From Gemmatimonadota bacterium (GTDB lineage: Bacteria; Gemmatimonadota; Gemmatimonadetes; Gemmatimonadales; GWC2-71-9), in assembly GCA_031382385.1 (NCBI GenBank), contig JANMYS010000078.1, positions 71,415 through 135,414 on the forward strand: DNA of 64,000 nt, given 5' to 3'. Of the stretch, positions 28,403 to 38,576 are shown in pieces. The position numbers and the translations under genes were made by a program. Numbering within the stretch: the stretch's first letter is position 1; each line of letters opens with the position of its first letter. Under the pieces are notes generated by a model. That model was not told where the DNA came from. It ran no database searches and worked only from the letters and a program-made list of their open reading frames with translations.

Positions 28403-29005
28403 ATGGCTGAACGGCTCGACCTCGCATCACTCACGGATCAGGAAATCGTCGCGCTCGCCGTGGAAGGCCGGGAGGCCGCCTACCGCGAGCTGATCCGGCG
28501 TTACGAGCGGCCGGTGTTCTCGCTGATCCTCCGCATGGTCCGCGACCGGCAGCTGGCGGAGGACCTCTCGCAGGAGACCTTCATCAAGGCGCTCAACGCC
28601 ATCGCGACCTACCGGCCGGAGTTCAAGTTTTCCAGCTGGATCTTCAAGATCGCCAACAACGCCGCGATCGATCAGCTGCGGCGACGTTCGGTCCAGACCC
28701 TGTCGCTCGACGGCGCCCCGAACGCCACCACCCCCGACGAGATCGAAGCGACCGTTCTGCAGGTGGGCGATCGGAGCGAGTCGGCGCTGGCCGCCCTCGA
28801 GGCGCGGGAATTGGGCAGCTCCATCGAACGGGCGATCGGCCAGCTGCGCCCCGAATACCGGTCCTGCATTCTGCTGCGCCACGTCGAGGGACTCGCCTAT
28901 GAAGAGATCGCCCAGCTGCTCGATCTCCCGCTCGGCACGGTGAAGACCTATATCCATCGTGCGCGGCATGAACTGCGCGATTCCCTCGCGCACCTGAGAG
29001 ACTGA
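28403..29005 (+). CDS. ECF-type RNA polymerase sigma factor
   Basis: YRELIRRYERPVFSLILRMV (region 2), LAYEEIAQLLDLPLGTVKTYIHRARHEL (region 4). ATG 28403 preferred over 28355. Confidence 0.9.
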   Translation: MAERLDLASLTDQEIVALAVEGREAAYRELIRRYERPVFSLILRMVRDRQLAEDLSQETFIKALNAIATYRPEFKFSSWIFKIANNAAIDQLRRRSVQTLSLDGAPNATTPDEIEATVLQVGDRSESALAALEARELGSSIERAIGQLRPEYRSCILLRHVEGLAYEEIAQLLDLPLGTVKTYIHRARHELRDSLAHLRD

Positions 29006-29040
29006 AACCATGCCTCAGATGAGACCGTAGGTCAGCCCGT

Positions 29041-29853
29041 ATGATGAATTCCCCGCCGCATCTCGTGAATGAAGAGCTCGATCTCTGGCTGGACGGACGT
29101 CTCCCCACCGCTCGCGCGTCCCATCTCGAAACGTGTGAAGAGTGCCGCACCGCCGCGGAAGAAATCCGTGAGGTGACGCAGCAGCTCGCCCGCCTGCCGC
29201 GGGTTTCGCCGACGGCGCTGTTCGCCGACCGGGTCATGGCGCGGGTCACCCGCGTTCCCGCCGCCGCCCACTTCTCCGCCGAGGATCTGGATCTCTGGGT
29301 GGCCGGCATCCTGCCGACGGTCCGGGAAGCGCATCTCCGCGGCTGTGCCGAGTGCCAGGAGCTGGCCGACGCGGAGCGGGTGCTGGTCATGCAGCTGCAG
29401 GCGCTGCCCCTGCTCTCACCCGGGCAGGCGCTGGCGGATCGGGTGATGGCCCAGGTCGATCTCCCGGTCACCTCCCTCGCGAGTGCCTGGCGGTTGTGGC
29501 GCACCCGGCTCGCGGCCACCCCCGAGGGTGTCGGCATCGCGGCCGGCGTCGCGGTCCTGCTCGGTGGGTCGGTCGCTGCCAGCGCCGCGTGGGCCGCCGG
29601 GCACCAGGAACTGATCCTCGGCACCGTGCAGGGCATCCGGGCTCAGGGTGAGCAGTGGTTCTGGCAGGGCATCACCCTGGCCAACAGCGCATTGCAGTCG
29701 CAGGCGTGGTACGCCGCGCTGCGCACCGCGCTCACACCGGGCCGGTTGATTGCCCTCGGCGGCGTGGTGGTCGCGCTGTATGCCGCGGGTGTCCTCACGC
29801 TGCGCCGCCTTATCGCCCTCCCCGGCAGTCAGGCCGCGCGTGCGCTGCCATAG
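29041..29853 (+). CDS. Anti-sigma factor with tandemly duplicated zf-HC2 (ZAS-like) domain and TM segments
   Basis: Two homologous blocks: LDLWLDGRLP..HLETCEEC..LFADRVMARV and LDLWVAGILP..HLRGCAEC..ALADRVMAQV. Hydrophobic segments follow. Confidence 0.8.
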   Translation: MMNSPPHLVNEELDLWLDGRLPTARASHLETCEECRTAAEEIREVTQQLARLPRVSPTALFADRVMARVTRVPAAAHFSAEDLDLWVAGILPTVREAHLRGCAECQELADAERVLVMQLQALPLLSPGQALADRVMAQVDLPVTSLASAWRLWRTRLAATPEGVGIAAGVAVLLGGSVAASAAWAAGHQELILGTVQGIRAQGEQWFWQGITLANSALQSQAWYAALRTALTPGRLIALGGVVVALYAAGVLTLRRLIALPGSQAARALP

Positions 29854-31402
29854 CCTCCTGCTCGGCGCCGCCCTGCTGGCGGGTGCGGCACCGCTGCAGG
29901 CATCCGATGTCCATCGTGATGTCACGCCCGCCTGGAAGTATCGCTTTACCTATCTCACCCAACTGCTGGCTGACGACCAGAATCACGTCGTGAAGGATCA
30001 CGTCGTCTCGCTGGCGACCGACGGCGTCACCATCGTCTTCGAATACACCGATGGCGGCGCGCTGACCCTGGCGCTGGAAGATGGCGCGGTTCGGCTGGAT
30101 GGCAGGACGATCGGCCACTACCCCTCGGGCGGGGCGCTCGAGCTGGCCTGGCGGCGCCTGGCGGTCGAAGTCTCCCGCGTGGAGACGCCAACCGCCCTGG
30201 CCCTGGTGCGCGAGTGGCAGCCCGAAGGACTGTCCAACGATGAAGCGGCCAACGCCGGCCTGTTCCACGAGAAGCTGGCGCAGCTCAGCGCGCCGCCCGG
30301 CACCGCCACGACGCCACAGATGCTGCCCCAGGCGGAACCGGGCGGCCTGTCCATCGATCTCTCCGACCTCAGCGATCCCAATCGGCTCGCGCCTTTGCTG
30401 CGTGCCAGCGCGGGCCTGCATGGTCCCTCGCTCCGCATCACCGTGCCGGATGGAAGCGCGCACGCCGGGCACTTCAGCCTGGGGTCATCCGAACGGATGC
30501 AGGGCCATCTCCTCGTGGTCCGCGGCGACGCCGATATCTATGGCACCGTGATCGGAAACGTTGCCACCGTCGAGGGCAACATCGTGGTGCATCCCGGTGG
30601 CGTGGTCACGGGCGACGTGCTCGCGGTGTCCGGGGTGGTCCGGGATCTCGGCGGCGACATTCGCGGCACGATCCGGACGCTCGATGCCCCACGTCGCACG
30701 GCCGCGCGCGGCACCGCGCAACCTGCCGACGCCCCGGTGTCCGCCTGGACCCGATTCGCCCGCAACGCCGCCGGCACCACGGGGGTGTTCCTGACGCTCC
30801 TGCTGGTGGGGTTCGGCACGGTACTGTTCGCCCGGGTGCCGCTGGAAGTGGTGAGCGATACCGTGCTGCACTCGTTCACCCGCGCACTGCTGGTCGGGCT
30901 GCTGGGTCAGGTGCTGATCCTGCCGACCTTCGGCATGCTGGTGGTGGGGCTGGTGCTGAGTGTCGCGGGCATCCTGCTGGTGCCCTTCGCGGTGATCGTC
31001 TTCGCCCTGCTGCTCATCGTCGCCGTGCTCGGCGGCTTCCTGGCGATCGCGCATGCGATGGGAGAGAGCCTCACCCGGCGTCAGCTGGCGCGGGGTATCT
31101 CGCTCGCCTCGGCCAACAGCTATCGGTACATCGCCGTCGGGCTGGGTGCGGTGGCGCTGCTCTGGCTGTCGTGGGTGCTGTTCGGCTGGGTCCCGGTCGC
31201 GGGGACGCTGATCCTGGCGACGGCGACCCTGGTTACCTGGCTGCTGGCGACGGTGGGTTTTGGAGCGGCACTGCTCTCGCGCGCCGGCTTCCGCGAGCAT
31301 TTCGCCGGCCGCCTGCTGCCGACCGAAGCACTGACCGACGAATATCTCTGGGCAACTCCACAGTTCGGGGTGCACGCGGTGAAGCGGCCGGGGAGAGAGT
31401 AG
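29840..31402 (+). CDS. Membrane protein with bactofilin-like (polymer-forming) beta-helix segment and C-terminal multi-TM block
   Basis: GTG 29840 gives signal-like RCHSLLLGAALLAGAAPLQA. GDADIYGTVIGNVATVEGNIVVHPGGVVTGDVLAVSGVVRDLGGDIRGTI. About 5 TM helices. Overlaps the anti-sigma stop by 14 nt. Confidence 0.7.
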   Translation: MRCHSLLLGAALLAGAAPLQASDVHRDVTPAWKYRFTYLTQLLADDQNHVVKDHVVSLATDGVTIVFEYTDGGALTLALEDGAVRLDGRTIGHYPSGGALELAWRRLAVEVSRVETPTALALVREWQPEGLSNDEAANAGLFHEKLAQLSAPPGTATTPQMLPQAEPGGLSIDLSDLSDPNRLAPLLRASAGLHGPSLRITVPDGSAHAGHFSLGSSERMQGHLLVVRGDADIYGTVIGNVATVEGNIVVHPGGVVTGDVLAVSGVVRDLGGDIRGTIRTLDAPRRTAARGTAQPADAPVSAWTRFARNAAGTTGVFLTLLLVGFGTVLFARVPLEVVSDTVLHSFTRALLVGLLGQVLILPTFGMLVVGLVLSVAGILLVPFAVIVFALLLIVAVLGGFLAIAHAMGESLTRRQLARGISLASANSYRYIAVGLGAVALLWLSWVLFGWVPVAGTLILATATLVTWLLATVGFGAALLSRAGFREHFAGRLLPTEALTDEYLWATPQFGVHAVKRPGRE

Positions 31403-31434
31403 GCGATCGGCGCGAGGGAGTTTGCGGTAGCTCT

Positions 31435-31462
31435 CAGCCTTCAGCCGTCAGCCGTCAGCCGA
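31435..31462. repeat. CAGCCGT heptamer tract (4 units) in convergent spacer
   Basis: cagccttcagccgtcagccgtcagccga. Confidence 0.85.
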
Positions 31463-31549
31463 TTGCACCTACCGTTGTCAGATGGGCCACCGCCTTCGAC
31501 CCGTGACCAGTGGACAGCTCCGAGCGACTATCGGGCACGGAGGCCCGAC

Positions 31550-32308
31550 CTACCCCAGCCGCGCCTTTACCCGCCCACCCACGCCCAGCCCCAGTCGCCG
31601 CGACGCCGAGCCGCCGCGCACCGCAATCTCGACCGTCCCTCCCGAGCCCAGGTACGCCAGCAGTCCGCCCGCTGCCACATCGCCGAACGTCGTGCTGAGC
31701 GGCCCGATGGCGAGCGATTCCGCCTCCAGTACCGCGTAAGGCGGAACCAGGTCGGAGGTCAGGTTGGTCACGAGGTTGCCGTAGCGATCGACATAGATGA
31801 CTTCCCCGACCACCATCTTGCCCTCATAGTGCGGCATGGCGCCGCTGACTCGTCGGGGCACTTCGGCATACGGAGCACCAAGACTGCGGAGGGGCGTGCC
31901 GAGGGCGAGCGCGGCCGCGGCGGGCGCGAAGAGGTCGCGGCCGTGAAAGGTGGCGGAGGCACTCGCCGGGGTGGCGAGGATCGCCGCCTCGATGGCGGTG
32001 CCGCGCAGGATCCCGCTGAAGAGCCCGTTGTCGGGGCCGACCAGGAACTGCCCCGCGGCGGAGAGCGCCAGCGCGTTGCGGCTGGTCCCGACACCCGGAT
32101 CCACCACCGCGAGGTGAACCGTGCCGGGCGGGAACTGCACCCAGCAGCGCCCCAGCACATAGGCCGCTGCCGCGATATCACCTGGCGGGATCTCATGGGT
32201 CAGGTCGACCAGCGTGACCCCGGGGACACGGGAGAGCAGAACTCCCTTCACCTCGCCCACGTAGGCGTCCGTCGTCCCGTAATCGGTGAGCAGGGTTATG
32301 ATAGGCAT
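31550..32308 (-). CDS. SAM hydroxide adenosyltransferase family protein (DUF62; chlorinase/fluorinase-related)
   Basis: MPIITLLTDYGTTDAYVGEVKGV..., VVDPGVGT. ATG 32308 chosen (alternative 32341). Confidence 0.85.
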   Translation of the reverse strand: MPIITLLTDYGTTDAYVGEVKGVLLSRVPGVTLVDLTHEIPPGDIAAAAYVLGRCWVQFPPGTVHLAVVDPGVGTSRNALALSAAGQFLVGPDNGLFSGILRGTAIEAAILATPASASATFHGRDLFAPAAAALALGTPLRSLGAPYAEVPRRVSGAMPHYEGKMVVGEVIYVDRYGNLVTNLTSDLVPPYAVLEAESLAIGPLSTTFGDVAAGGLLAYLGSGGTVEIAVRGGSASRRLGLGVGGRVKARLG

Positions 32309-32383
32309 GCCCGGTAAGGTAAGGGGGAGCTGCTCGGTCATGGACCCCGAGCGCCGGACCTGGACCGCTGTGAGGCATCCAAG

Positions 32384-34237
32384 ATGAAGCACGACGCGGA
32401 TACCGTCCAACTCGAAGCTGCCCTGCGGGGGCGCTACCTGCTGGAGCGGGAGCTGGGTCGCGGCGGCATGGGCATCGTGTATCTCGCGCGTGACCTCGCC
32501 CTCGAGCGCGCCGTCGCCCTCAAGCTGCTGCCCGGCCAGTTCGCCCATCTTCCCGAACTGCGCGCCCGGTTCCTCCGGGAAGCACGCACCGCCGCGGGCC
32601 TGTCACACCCGAACATCGTCCCGGTCTACGCGGTGGAAGAGCACGGGACCGTCGTCTGTTTCATGATGGCCTATGTCTCTGGCGGCACCCTCGCCGCGCG
32701 GGTGCGGGAGGAGGGGCCGCTGCCGCCGGCGGAGGTCTCCCGCCTGATGCAGGAGGTAGCCTGGGCACTGGCCTACGCCCACCAGCACGGGGTCATTCAC
32801 CGCGACGTCAAGCCGGAGAACATTCTGCTCGAGCGGGGCAGTCAGCGCGCCCTGGTCACCGACTTCGGCATCGCGCGGGTGCGGGAGACGGCCGGCGCGA
32901 CGCCGGTGGGCGACCTGCTCGGGACGCCGCGACTCACCAGCCCGGAGCAGGCGGGCGGGGAGCCGGTGGACGGTCGCAGCGACCTCTACTCGCTCGGTGT
33001 GACGGCGTTCTTCGCGCTGACGGGCCGGTACCCCTTCGAGGGCGACAACGCCGGAGCGCTGCTGGCCCAGCACCTCACGATTCCCGCCCCGCCCGTCGCC
33101 ACGCTGCGTCCGGGCATTCCGCACACGCTGGAGGCTGTGATCGACCGTTGCCTGGCGAAGGCTCCCTCCGACCGATTCCCCACCGGGGAAGCGCTCGCGG
33201 CCGCCCTCGCCGCCGGCAGCGCCGTCACCCCGGTTCCACGGACGCTGCACCAGATCACCCACGAGCTCTCCACTTTTGCCATGGACCTCGTGGGGTTTCA
33301 GACGCTTGCCGCGATCGCCATCCTCACGCAACTCCTGACCCGTGACTTCCTTGGCTTCGGATTCCTCTACACCGCGGCGCTCGCCACGCTGATGGTGAGC
33401 CTCCTCGCCCTCCGCGGCATCCATGCAAGTCGGCTCATTCGTGACGCCGCCCGCGAGGGGTGGACCGCCGCAGATCTCGCGGCAGTAGCCGAGCGTGAGG
33501 CCCGCGAACAGTGCGACTCCGGTCCACCGACTGCAGCGCTCACGAAACCGGTGATGCTCTACCTGGCTGGATTTGCCGCCCTCGCGCTCTTCTGGCTCGG
33601 GCCCAAGCAGTGGGACGTGGTACAGAGTTCCGTTCCCCTGGCCCTCCTGGTGGAATTCTTCAGCCTGGCGCTGCCGGTTGCCCTGGGCCGCTGGTTCGGC
33701 GGCGTGCTGGACGCGCCGCGCCATGGGCGGCCCGGACTGCTGACCAGCTTCTTCCTCAAGGCCAAGTCGGGGTGGCTGTTCCGCCTGATGGGGCGGGGAG
33801 CGGCGGCGCGGCCCACCGCTCTCGCACTGCCGGACCAGCCGACCGAGGTGCTCCTGGCCGATCAGGCGAGGACAATTCTGCGGGCGCTTCCGCCCGCGGA
33901 GCAGGAGCGGCTTCGCGCGACCGAGGGGCTGCTCGAGGGACTGGCGCAGAATGCGGCCCTGCTCCGCCAGCGCCTTGGCGTGCTGGACGACGCGGCAGGT
34001 GCCGTCGGCGGACCCGCCACGGCGGAGCGGCGCCAGGTCGGCGAGGAGATCGCCCGGGCGCGCGCGGAGGCCGCCGGTCGGCTGGGAACCACGGTGCATG
34101 CGCTGGAGACGTTGCGGCTCGAATTGCTGCGGGCGCAGGCGGGACTGGGCGGGTCGGACGGTCTAACGGGAAATCTGGCGGAACTCCGCCGCGTCGCCGA
34201 CCAGATCGACGCGGCGCTGGAGACCCGGAAGCTCTAG
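32384..34237 (+). CDS. Ser/Thr protein kinase with multi-TM region and C-terminal coiled-coil-like tail
   Basis: GRGGMGIVYLA, VALKLL, HRDVKPENILL, DFGIAR. Confidence 0.9.
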   Translation: MKHDADTVQLEAALRGRYLLERELGRGGMGIVYLARDLALERAVALKLLPGQFAHLPELRARFLREARTAAGLSHPNIVPVYAVEEHGTVVCFMMAYVSGGTLAARVREEGPLPPAEVSRLMQEVAWALAYAHQHGVIHRDVKPENILLERGSQRALVTDFGIARVRETAGATPVGDLLGTPRLTSPEQAGGEPVDGRSDLYSLGVTAFFALTGRYPFEGDNAGALLAQHLTIPAPPVATLRPGIPHTLEAVIDRCLAKAPSDRFPTGEALAAALAAGSAVTPVPRTLHQITHELSTFAMDLVGFQTLAAIAILTQLLTRDFLGFGFLYTAALATLMVSLLALRGIHASRLIRDAAREGWTAADLAAVAEREAREQCDSGPPTAALTKPVMLYLAGFAALALFWLGPKQWDVVQSSVPLALLVEFFSLALPVALGRWFGGVLDAPRHGRPGLLTSFFLKAKSGWLFRLMGRGAAARPTALALPDQPTEVLLADQARTILRALPPAEQERLRATEGLLEGLAQNAALLRQRLGVLDDAAGAVGGPATAERRQVGEEIARARAEAAGRLGTTVHALETLRLELLRAQAGLGGSDGLTGNLAELRRVADQIDAALETRKL

Positions 34238-34239
34238 CC

Positions 34240-35388
34240 TCAGCCCCGCAGAATGGGGAGCGCGACGGACCGGGTGCCGAGCGAGGCGACCAGCCGCTCG
34301 GCGATGGAGCGGAGCATCGTGGCGGCGGGGCTGGTGGGATCGGCGACGAGAATCGGCTTGCCCCGATCGGCCAGCTCCGCCATCCCCGGCTGCAGCGGTA
34401 CGCTGCCGAGCAGCGGGATCTGCAGTTCTTCGGCGAGCCGCTGGCCGCCGCCGGAGGAGAACAGCTCGAGCCGGAGCCCAGTCGCCGGATCGGTGAAGGC
34501 ACTCATGTTCTCCACGATGCCGGCCAGCGGCACGCTGGTCTTCTCGAACATCTTGGCGCCGCGCAGCGCATCGCCCACGGCGACTTCCTGCGGCGTCGTC
34601 ACGATCACCGCGGTCGTCACCTGGCAGGACTGCACCAGCGACAGTTGCGCGTCGCCGGTGCCGGGCGGCATGTCCACCAGGAAGTAGTCGAGCGTTCCCC
34701 AGTCGACATCCCGCAGGAACTGCTGCACCACCTTCATGATGATCGGCCCGCGCCAGATGGCCGGCGCGTCCCGATCCACCAGAAACCCCAGCGACATCAG
34801 CTTCACACCATAGGCCGTGAGCGGCTGAATCCTGCCCCCGATCACGGCGGGCTTCTCGAAGACGCCGAACATGCGGGGGATGTTGGGGCCGTAGATGTCG
34901 GCGTCCATCAGCCCGACGCGATGCCCTGCCTGGGCCAGCGCGACGGCGAGATTGGCCGTGACCGTGGACTTGCCCACGCCGCCCTTGCCGGACGAGACGG
35001 CGATAATGCGACCCAGGTTAGGGTAGTCGCTGGGGGTCGGCGGCGGCGTCACGAGACCGGCCGCACCGTGTGTCTGGCCCGGCGCAGGCTGTCCGGTTGG
35101 CGCCGCGTGGGTCGTCTTGGCCGGACCGCCGGGATCAACCACGCTGATCCGCAGTTCCTTCGGATCGACCCCTTCGATGGCGCGCACCGCCGCACGCGCC
35201 TCGCGGACCAGCGTTGCGGGATCCTCGCGCGAAAGCAGGAAGGTGAATGACACCTTGCCGTCGGCGGTGACCGCGAGGTCGCGGATCATGCCGGCGGAAA
35301 AGAGATCGTTCTCCAGCCGCGGATTCTGGATGCGGGAGAGCGCGGCGGCGACGGCGGTGGCGAGGGGGTTGGTCAACGGGGGGCTCAA
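34240..35388 (-). CDS. Mrp/ApbC-type Fe-S cluster carrier ATPase with N-terminal DUF59-like domain
   Basis: SSGKGGVGKST, DMPPGTGD. Start uncertain: TTG 35388 or 35376 fits after the nfu stop; track ATG 35523 would overlap nfu by 56 nt. Confidence 0.85.
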   Translation of the reverse strand: MSPPLTNPLATAVAAALSRIQNPRLENDLFSAGMIRDLAVTADGKVSFTFLLSREDPATLVREARAAVRAIEGVDPKELRISVVDPGGPAKTTHAAPTGQPAPGQTHGAAGLVTPPPTPSDYPNLGRIIAVSSGKGGVGKSTVTANLAVALAQAGHRVGLMDADIYGPNIPRMFGVFEKPAVIGGRIQPLTAYGVKLMSLGFLVDRDAPAIWRGPIIMKVVQQFLRDVDWGTLDYFLVDMPPGTGDAQLSLVQSCQVTTAVIVTTPQEVAVGDALRGAKMFEKTSVPLAGIVENMSAFTDPATGLRLELFSSGGGQRLAEELQIPLLGSVPLQPGMAELADRGKPILVADPTSPAATMLRSIAERLVASLGTRSVALPILRG

Positions 35389-35467
35389 GGGCTGGGCTGT
35401 GTAGTGGCGGTGGGTCGGCGCCGGGCGATAGGGAGTAGGCGGATCGCTGAATGCCAAACGCTGAAGG

Positions 35468-35704
35468 CTATACCGAGGCGACTTCCCGGACTTCAGGGAC
35501 GAGCTGCTTGAGCCGGGTCTCAATACCCTGCTTCAGGGTGATCGTCGAGGCGGCGCAGCCATGACAGGTGCCGCCCAGCCGCAGCAGAAGACGGCCGTCA
35601 ATCTCATCAAAGTCCACGACCTCCACACTGCCCTTGTGCGAGGCGATGTAGGGCCGGAGGGTGTCCAGGCTCTGTTCGATGCGGTCGAGCGTTGTATCAG
35701 CCAC
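35468..35704 (-). CDS. NifU C-terminal (Nfu-type) Fe-S scaffold domain protein
   Basis: 78 aa; LGGTCHGCAASTITLKQGIE CxxC motif. Confidence 0.88.
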   Translation of the reverse strand: MADTTLDRIEQSLDTLRPYIASHKGSVEVVDFDEIDGRLLLRLGGTCHGCAASTITLKQGIETRLKQLVPEVREVASV

Positions 35705-35724
35705 GGTGCAACTCCAGCGAGAAG

Positions 35725-35837
35725 CATTCAGCCGTTGGCCATTAGCCGTTGGCCATTAGCACAATTCCCTATTCCCGATCACCTGCTCCCTGCCACCTGC
35801 TCCCTGCCACCTGCCACCTGCCACCTGCTGTACCTGC
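35725..35837. repeat. Phased heptamer tract: CATTAGC/CGTTGGC units then CTGCCAC units
   Basis: cattcag ccgttgg ccattag ccgttgg ccattag ... acctgct ccctgcc acctgct ccctgcc acctgcc acctgcc acctgct. Confidence 0.9.
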
Positions 35838-35858
35838 AGTCAACCACCCTGCCCCGCT

Positions 35859-36887
35859 TCAAGCAAGGCCGTCGCCATTCCCGGCCAGGTACTCCCGCGC
35901 TGCACCCAGAACCTTGGCCTGGACCTCGGCGAGGGATCCCTCCATCGACAGCCCCGACGCCTTGGTATGGCCTCCCCCGCCGAACGGATTGGCAAAGGCG
36001 GCCACGTCGACAGTGCCGACGGAACGGAGCGACACTTTCACCCGGCCGGCGGCAATCTCCCGGAACAGCAGCGCCATCCGCACCCCGGTGATGCTCCGCG
36101 GCACTTCGACGATCCCGTCGAGATCATCGGCGGTGGCGCCGAGTCGCTCGAGCGCTCCGGGGGGCACCGTTACCCACGCCAGCCCATGCTCGTGCTCGAC
36201 GACCAGGGTCTGCAGCGTCTCTCCCAGCAGCCGGGCCCGGCCTTCGGGGGCGCTGGCGTAGACGTCGAGATAGATCTGCTCGGGATCGAGCCCGACCTCC
36301 AGGAGTGCCGCCGCCGTGCGCAACGTCGCCGGCCGGGTGTTGCTGAAGCGGAACCCGCCAGTGTCGGTCAGGATGGCGACGTACAGCGCCCGCGCCGCGA
36401 GCGGGGTGAGCGGCCAGCCGTTGGCCTGCGCAATCTGGAATATCAGCTCGCCGGTCGCCGACGCCTCCGGGTCCACATAGCGCGGGCCGTCGGGGAGGTG
36501 ACCCTGACTCACATGGTGGTCCACGCACGCCACGGTCACGCCGCGGTCCTGCACCGTCTGGCTCAGCATGCCGAGCCGGCCCACATCCGCGATGTCGAGG
36601 ACCAGGATGAGATCGGCCCGGCGCAGTTCCTTTACCGCCTCATGCGTCCTGTCGACACCGGGAAGATCCCGAAACAGGAAGTCGTAGCGCTCCGGGGTGG
36701 GCGTCGGATTGGTGATCACCGCCGTGACGCCCTGGGCGCGCAGCAGGTGCACCAGCCCAACCTCGCTGCCGAGCCCATCGCCATCCGGGTTCACATGAGT
36801 GGTAATGCAGATGCGCTGACCGGGCTTGAGGGCGGCGGCAAAGCTACGGGCGGCGGCGACACGTTCGGGGGCAAGCAGGACTGGCAT
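35859..36887 (-). CDS. nrnA: DHH-family phosphoesterase (NrnA-like oligoribonuclease/pAp phosphatase)
   Basis: HVNPDGDGLGSE, CVDHH, FGGGGH motifs. Confidence 0.85.
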   Translation of the reverse strand: MPVLLAPERVAAARSFAAALKPGQRICITTHVNPDGDGLGSEVGLVHLLRAQGVTAVITNPTPTPERYDFLFRDLPGVDRTHEAVKELRRADLILVLDIADVGRLGMLSQTVQDRGVTVACVDHHVSQGHLPDGPRYVDPEASATGELIFQIAQANGWPLTPLAARALYVAILTDTGGFRFSNTRPATLRTAAALLEVGLDPEQIYLDVYASAPEGRARLLGETLQTLVVEHEHGLAWVTVPPGALERLGATADDLDGIVEVPRSITGVRMALLFREIAAGRVKVSLRSVGTVDVAAFANPFGGGGHTKASGLSMEGSLAEVQAKVLGAAREYLAGNGDGLA

Positions 36888-36965
36888 GAGCGGCGAAGCT
36901 ACACGCTGGGGATGCGAGATGGTAGGGCGGCGGGTGCAGGGGTTGAGGGTTGGCGGCAGGAGAGC

Positions 36966-37041
36966 GGCGGTAGGCGAGTTGCCGTCTACCGCCTACCGCC
37001 TACCGCCTATCGCCTATCGCTTATCGCCCATCGCCTATCTG
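36966..37041. repeat. GGCGGTA hairpin plus 8 x CTA(C/T)CGC heptamers running into the permease stop codon
   Basis: ggcggtaggcg ... cgcctaccgcc inverted pair. ctaccgc x3, ctatcgc x2, ttatcgc, ccatcgc, ctatctg (36986-37041). Confidence 0.9.
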
Positions 37042-38576
37042 CTGTTCAGCTTGCTGTGCTGCTTGCCATACAGGAAGTAGATCGCCAGGCCCAGCGCCAT
37101 CCAGATCGCCAGCCGGAGCCAGGTATCCGTCGGCAGGCCGTACATCATGTAGCCGCAGATGAGGATGCCGAGGATCGGGACCAGCGGGACCAGCGGAGTC
37201 CGGAACGGGCGCGGGAGATCGGGCTGGACCCGCCGCAGCACGATGATGCCGCCGCAGACGATGACGAAGGCCAGCAGCGTGCCGATGGAGACCAGTTCCC
37301 CGAGCAGGCCGATGGGGAACAGTCCGGCGATCAGCGCCGCCACGACACCAGTGACGATGGTGGAGACGTACGGTGTGCGGAATTTCGGGTGCACCTTGCC
37401 GAATACCGCGGGCAGCAGACCGTCGTTCGCCATGGTGAAGAAGATACGCGGCTGCCCCATGAGCATCACGAGCACGACCGAGGCCAAACCGGCGATCGCC
37501 CCGACGTTGATCAGGTAGCCCAGCCACTTGAGTCCGGGACCTGCTCGCTCGATGGCCACGAACACCGGGTGCGGGACGTTGAGATCCTTGTACGGAGCGA
37601 TCCCGGTCATCACCAGCGCCATCAGGATGTAGAGCACCGTGCAGATGGCGAGCGATCCGAGGATGCCGATAGGCAGGTCCTTCTGCGGATTCTTGGCTTC
37701 CTGTGCCGCGGTGGAGACGGCGTCGAATCCGATATAGGCAAAGAAGATCACCCCGGCTCCCCGCAGGATGCCGCTCCAGCCGAAGTGGCCAAATTCCCCG
37801 GTATTGGGCGGGATGAACGGGTGCCAGTTGGCGGTATCGACGTAGAAGAAGCCGAAGCCGATCACCAGCAGCACGATGGCGACCTTCACGTACACCACGA
37901 TGTTGTTGAAGCGGGCCGACTCCTTGATTCCGATCACCAGCAGCGTGGTGAGCAGGACGATCAGTACCATCGCCGGGACGTTGAGGATCCCGTGAATGAT
38001 GTTGAACCCCTGCTCGACGCACTGCGCGATGGGGATCGGCGTGCGGCTGACGGCGTCCACCGTGACGCCACTGGTCGCCGGATCGACGCAGATCTGCGAC
38101 GGCACCAGTGTGTGCGTGCCGACCACGCCGAAGGGCGCGCCGGTGAAGGCCGGCGGCAGGTGAATCCCCAGCTCGGTCATGAGGGCGGTGAAGTACCCGG
38201 ACCAGCCCACTGCCACCGTCGAGGCGGCGAAGAGATACTCGAGGATCAGGTCCCAGCCGATAATCCAGGCGACCAGCTCGCCGAGCGTGGCGTAGCCATA
38301 GGTGTAGGCACTGCCCGCCACCGGAATCATGGAGGCGAACTCGGCATAGCACAGGCCGGCGAAGAGGCAACCGGCACCGGCCAGGACGAAAGAGAGCACG
38401 ATCGCCGGCCCGGCATATTGCGCGGCGGCGGTACCGGTCAGCACGAAGATGCCGGCACCGATGATCGCGCCGATGCCAAGCAGGACCAGGTTGGTGCCGG
38501 TAAGTGCGCGCCTGAGGCTGTGTTCATCGTCCACAGGCATCAGGTCCGACAGTGATTTTGTGCGGAACAGGGACAT
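37035..38576 (-). CDS. APC-superfamily amino acid permease (cationic amino acid transporter-like)
   Basis: [16 protein letters not shown], about 12-14 TM helices; 513 aa. Confidence 0.9.
   Translation of the reverse strand: MSLFRTKSLSDLMPVDDEHSLRRALTGTNLVLLGIGAIIGAGIFVLTGTAAAQYAGPAIVLSFVLAGAGCLFAGLCYAEFASMIPVAGSAYTYGYATLGELVAWIIGWDLILEYLFAASTVAVGWSGYFTALMTELGIHLPPAFTGAPFGVVGTHTLVPSQICVDPATSGVTVDAVSRTPIPIAQCVEQGFNIIHGILNVPAMVLIVLLTTLLVIGIKESARFNNIVVYVKVAIVLLVIGFGFFYVDTANWHPFIPPNTGEFGHFGWSGILRGAGVIFFAYIGFDAVSTAAQEAKNPQKDLPIGILGSLAICTVLYILMALVMTGIAPYKDLNVPHPVFVAIERAGPGLKWLGYLINVGAIAGLASVVLVMLMGQPRIFFTMANDGLLPAVFGKVHPKFRTPYVSTIVTGVVAALIAGLFPIGLLGELVSIGTLLAFVIVCGGIIVLRRVQPDLPRPFRTPLVPLVPILGILICGYMMYGLPTDTWLRLAIWMALGLAIYFLYGKQHSKLNSR

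Noticed and set aside
35967-38555. 862-aa ORF and other very long ORFs: 25931..27865, 11655..13466, 54992..56911, 52147..54129, 42094..43911, 45315..46925, 9409..11037, 40345..41994, 51505..52635 (the upstream portion of track ORF 51505..53775), 3303..4349, 62669..63757, 61665..62879
   Set aside because: All are Arg/Gly/Pro/His-rich, low-complexity and motif-free. They lie antisense to or out of frame with genes carrying unambiguous conserved motifs. They are typical shadow ORFs of GC-rich DNA.
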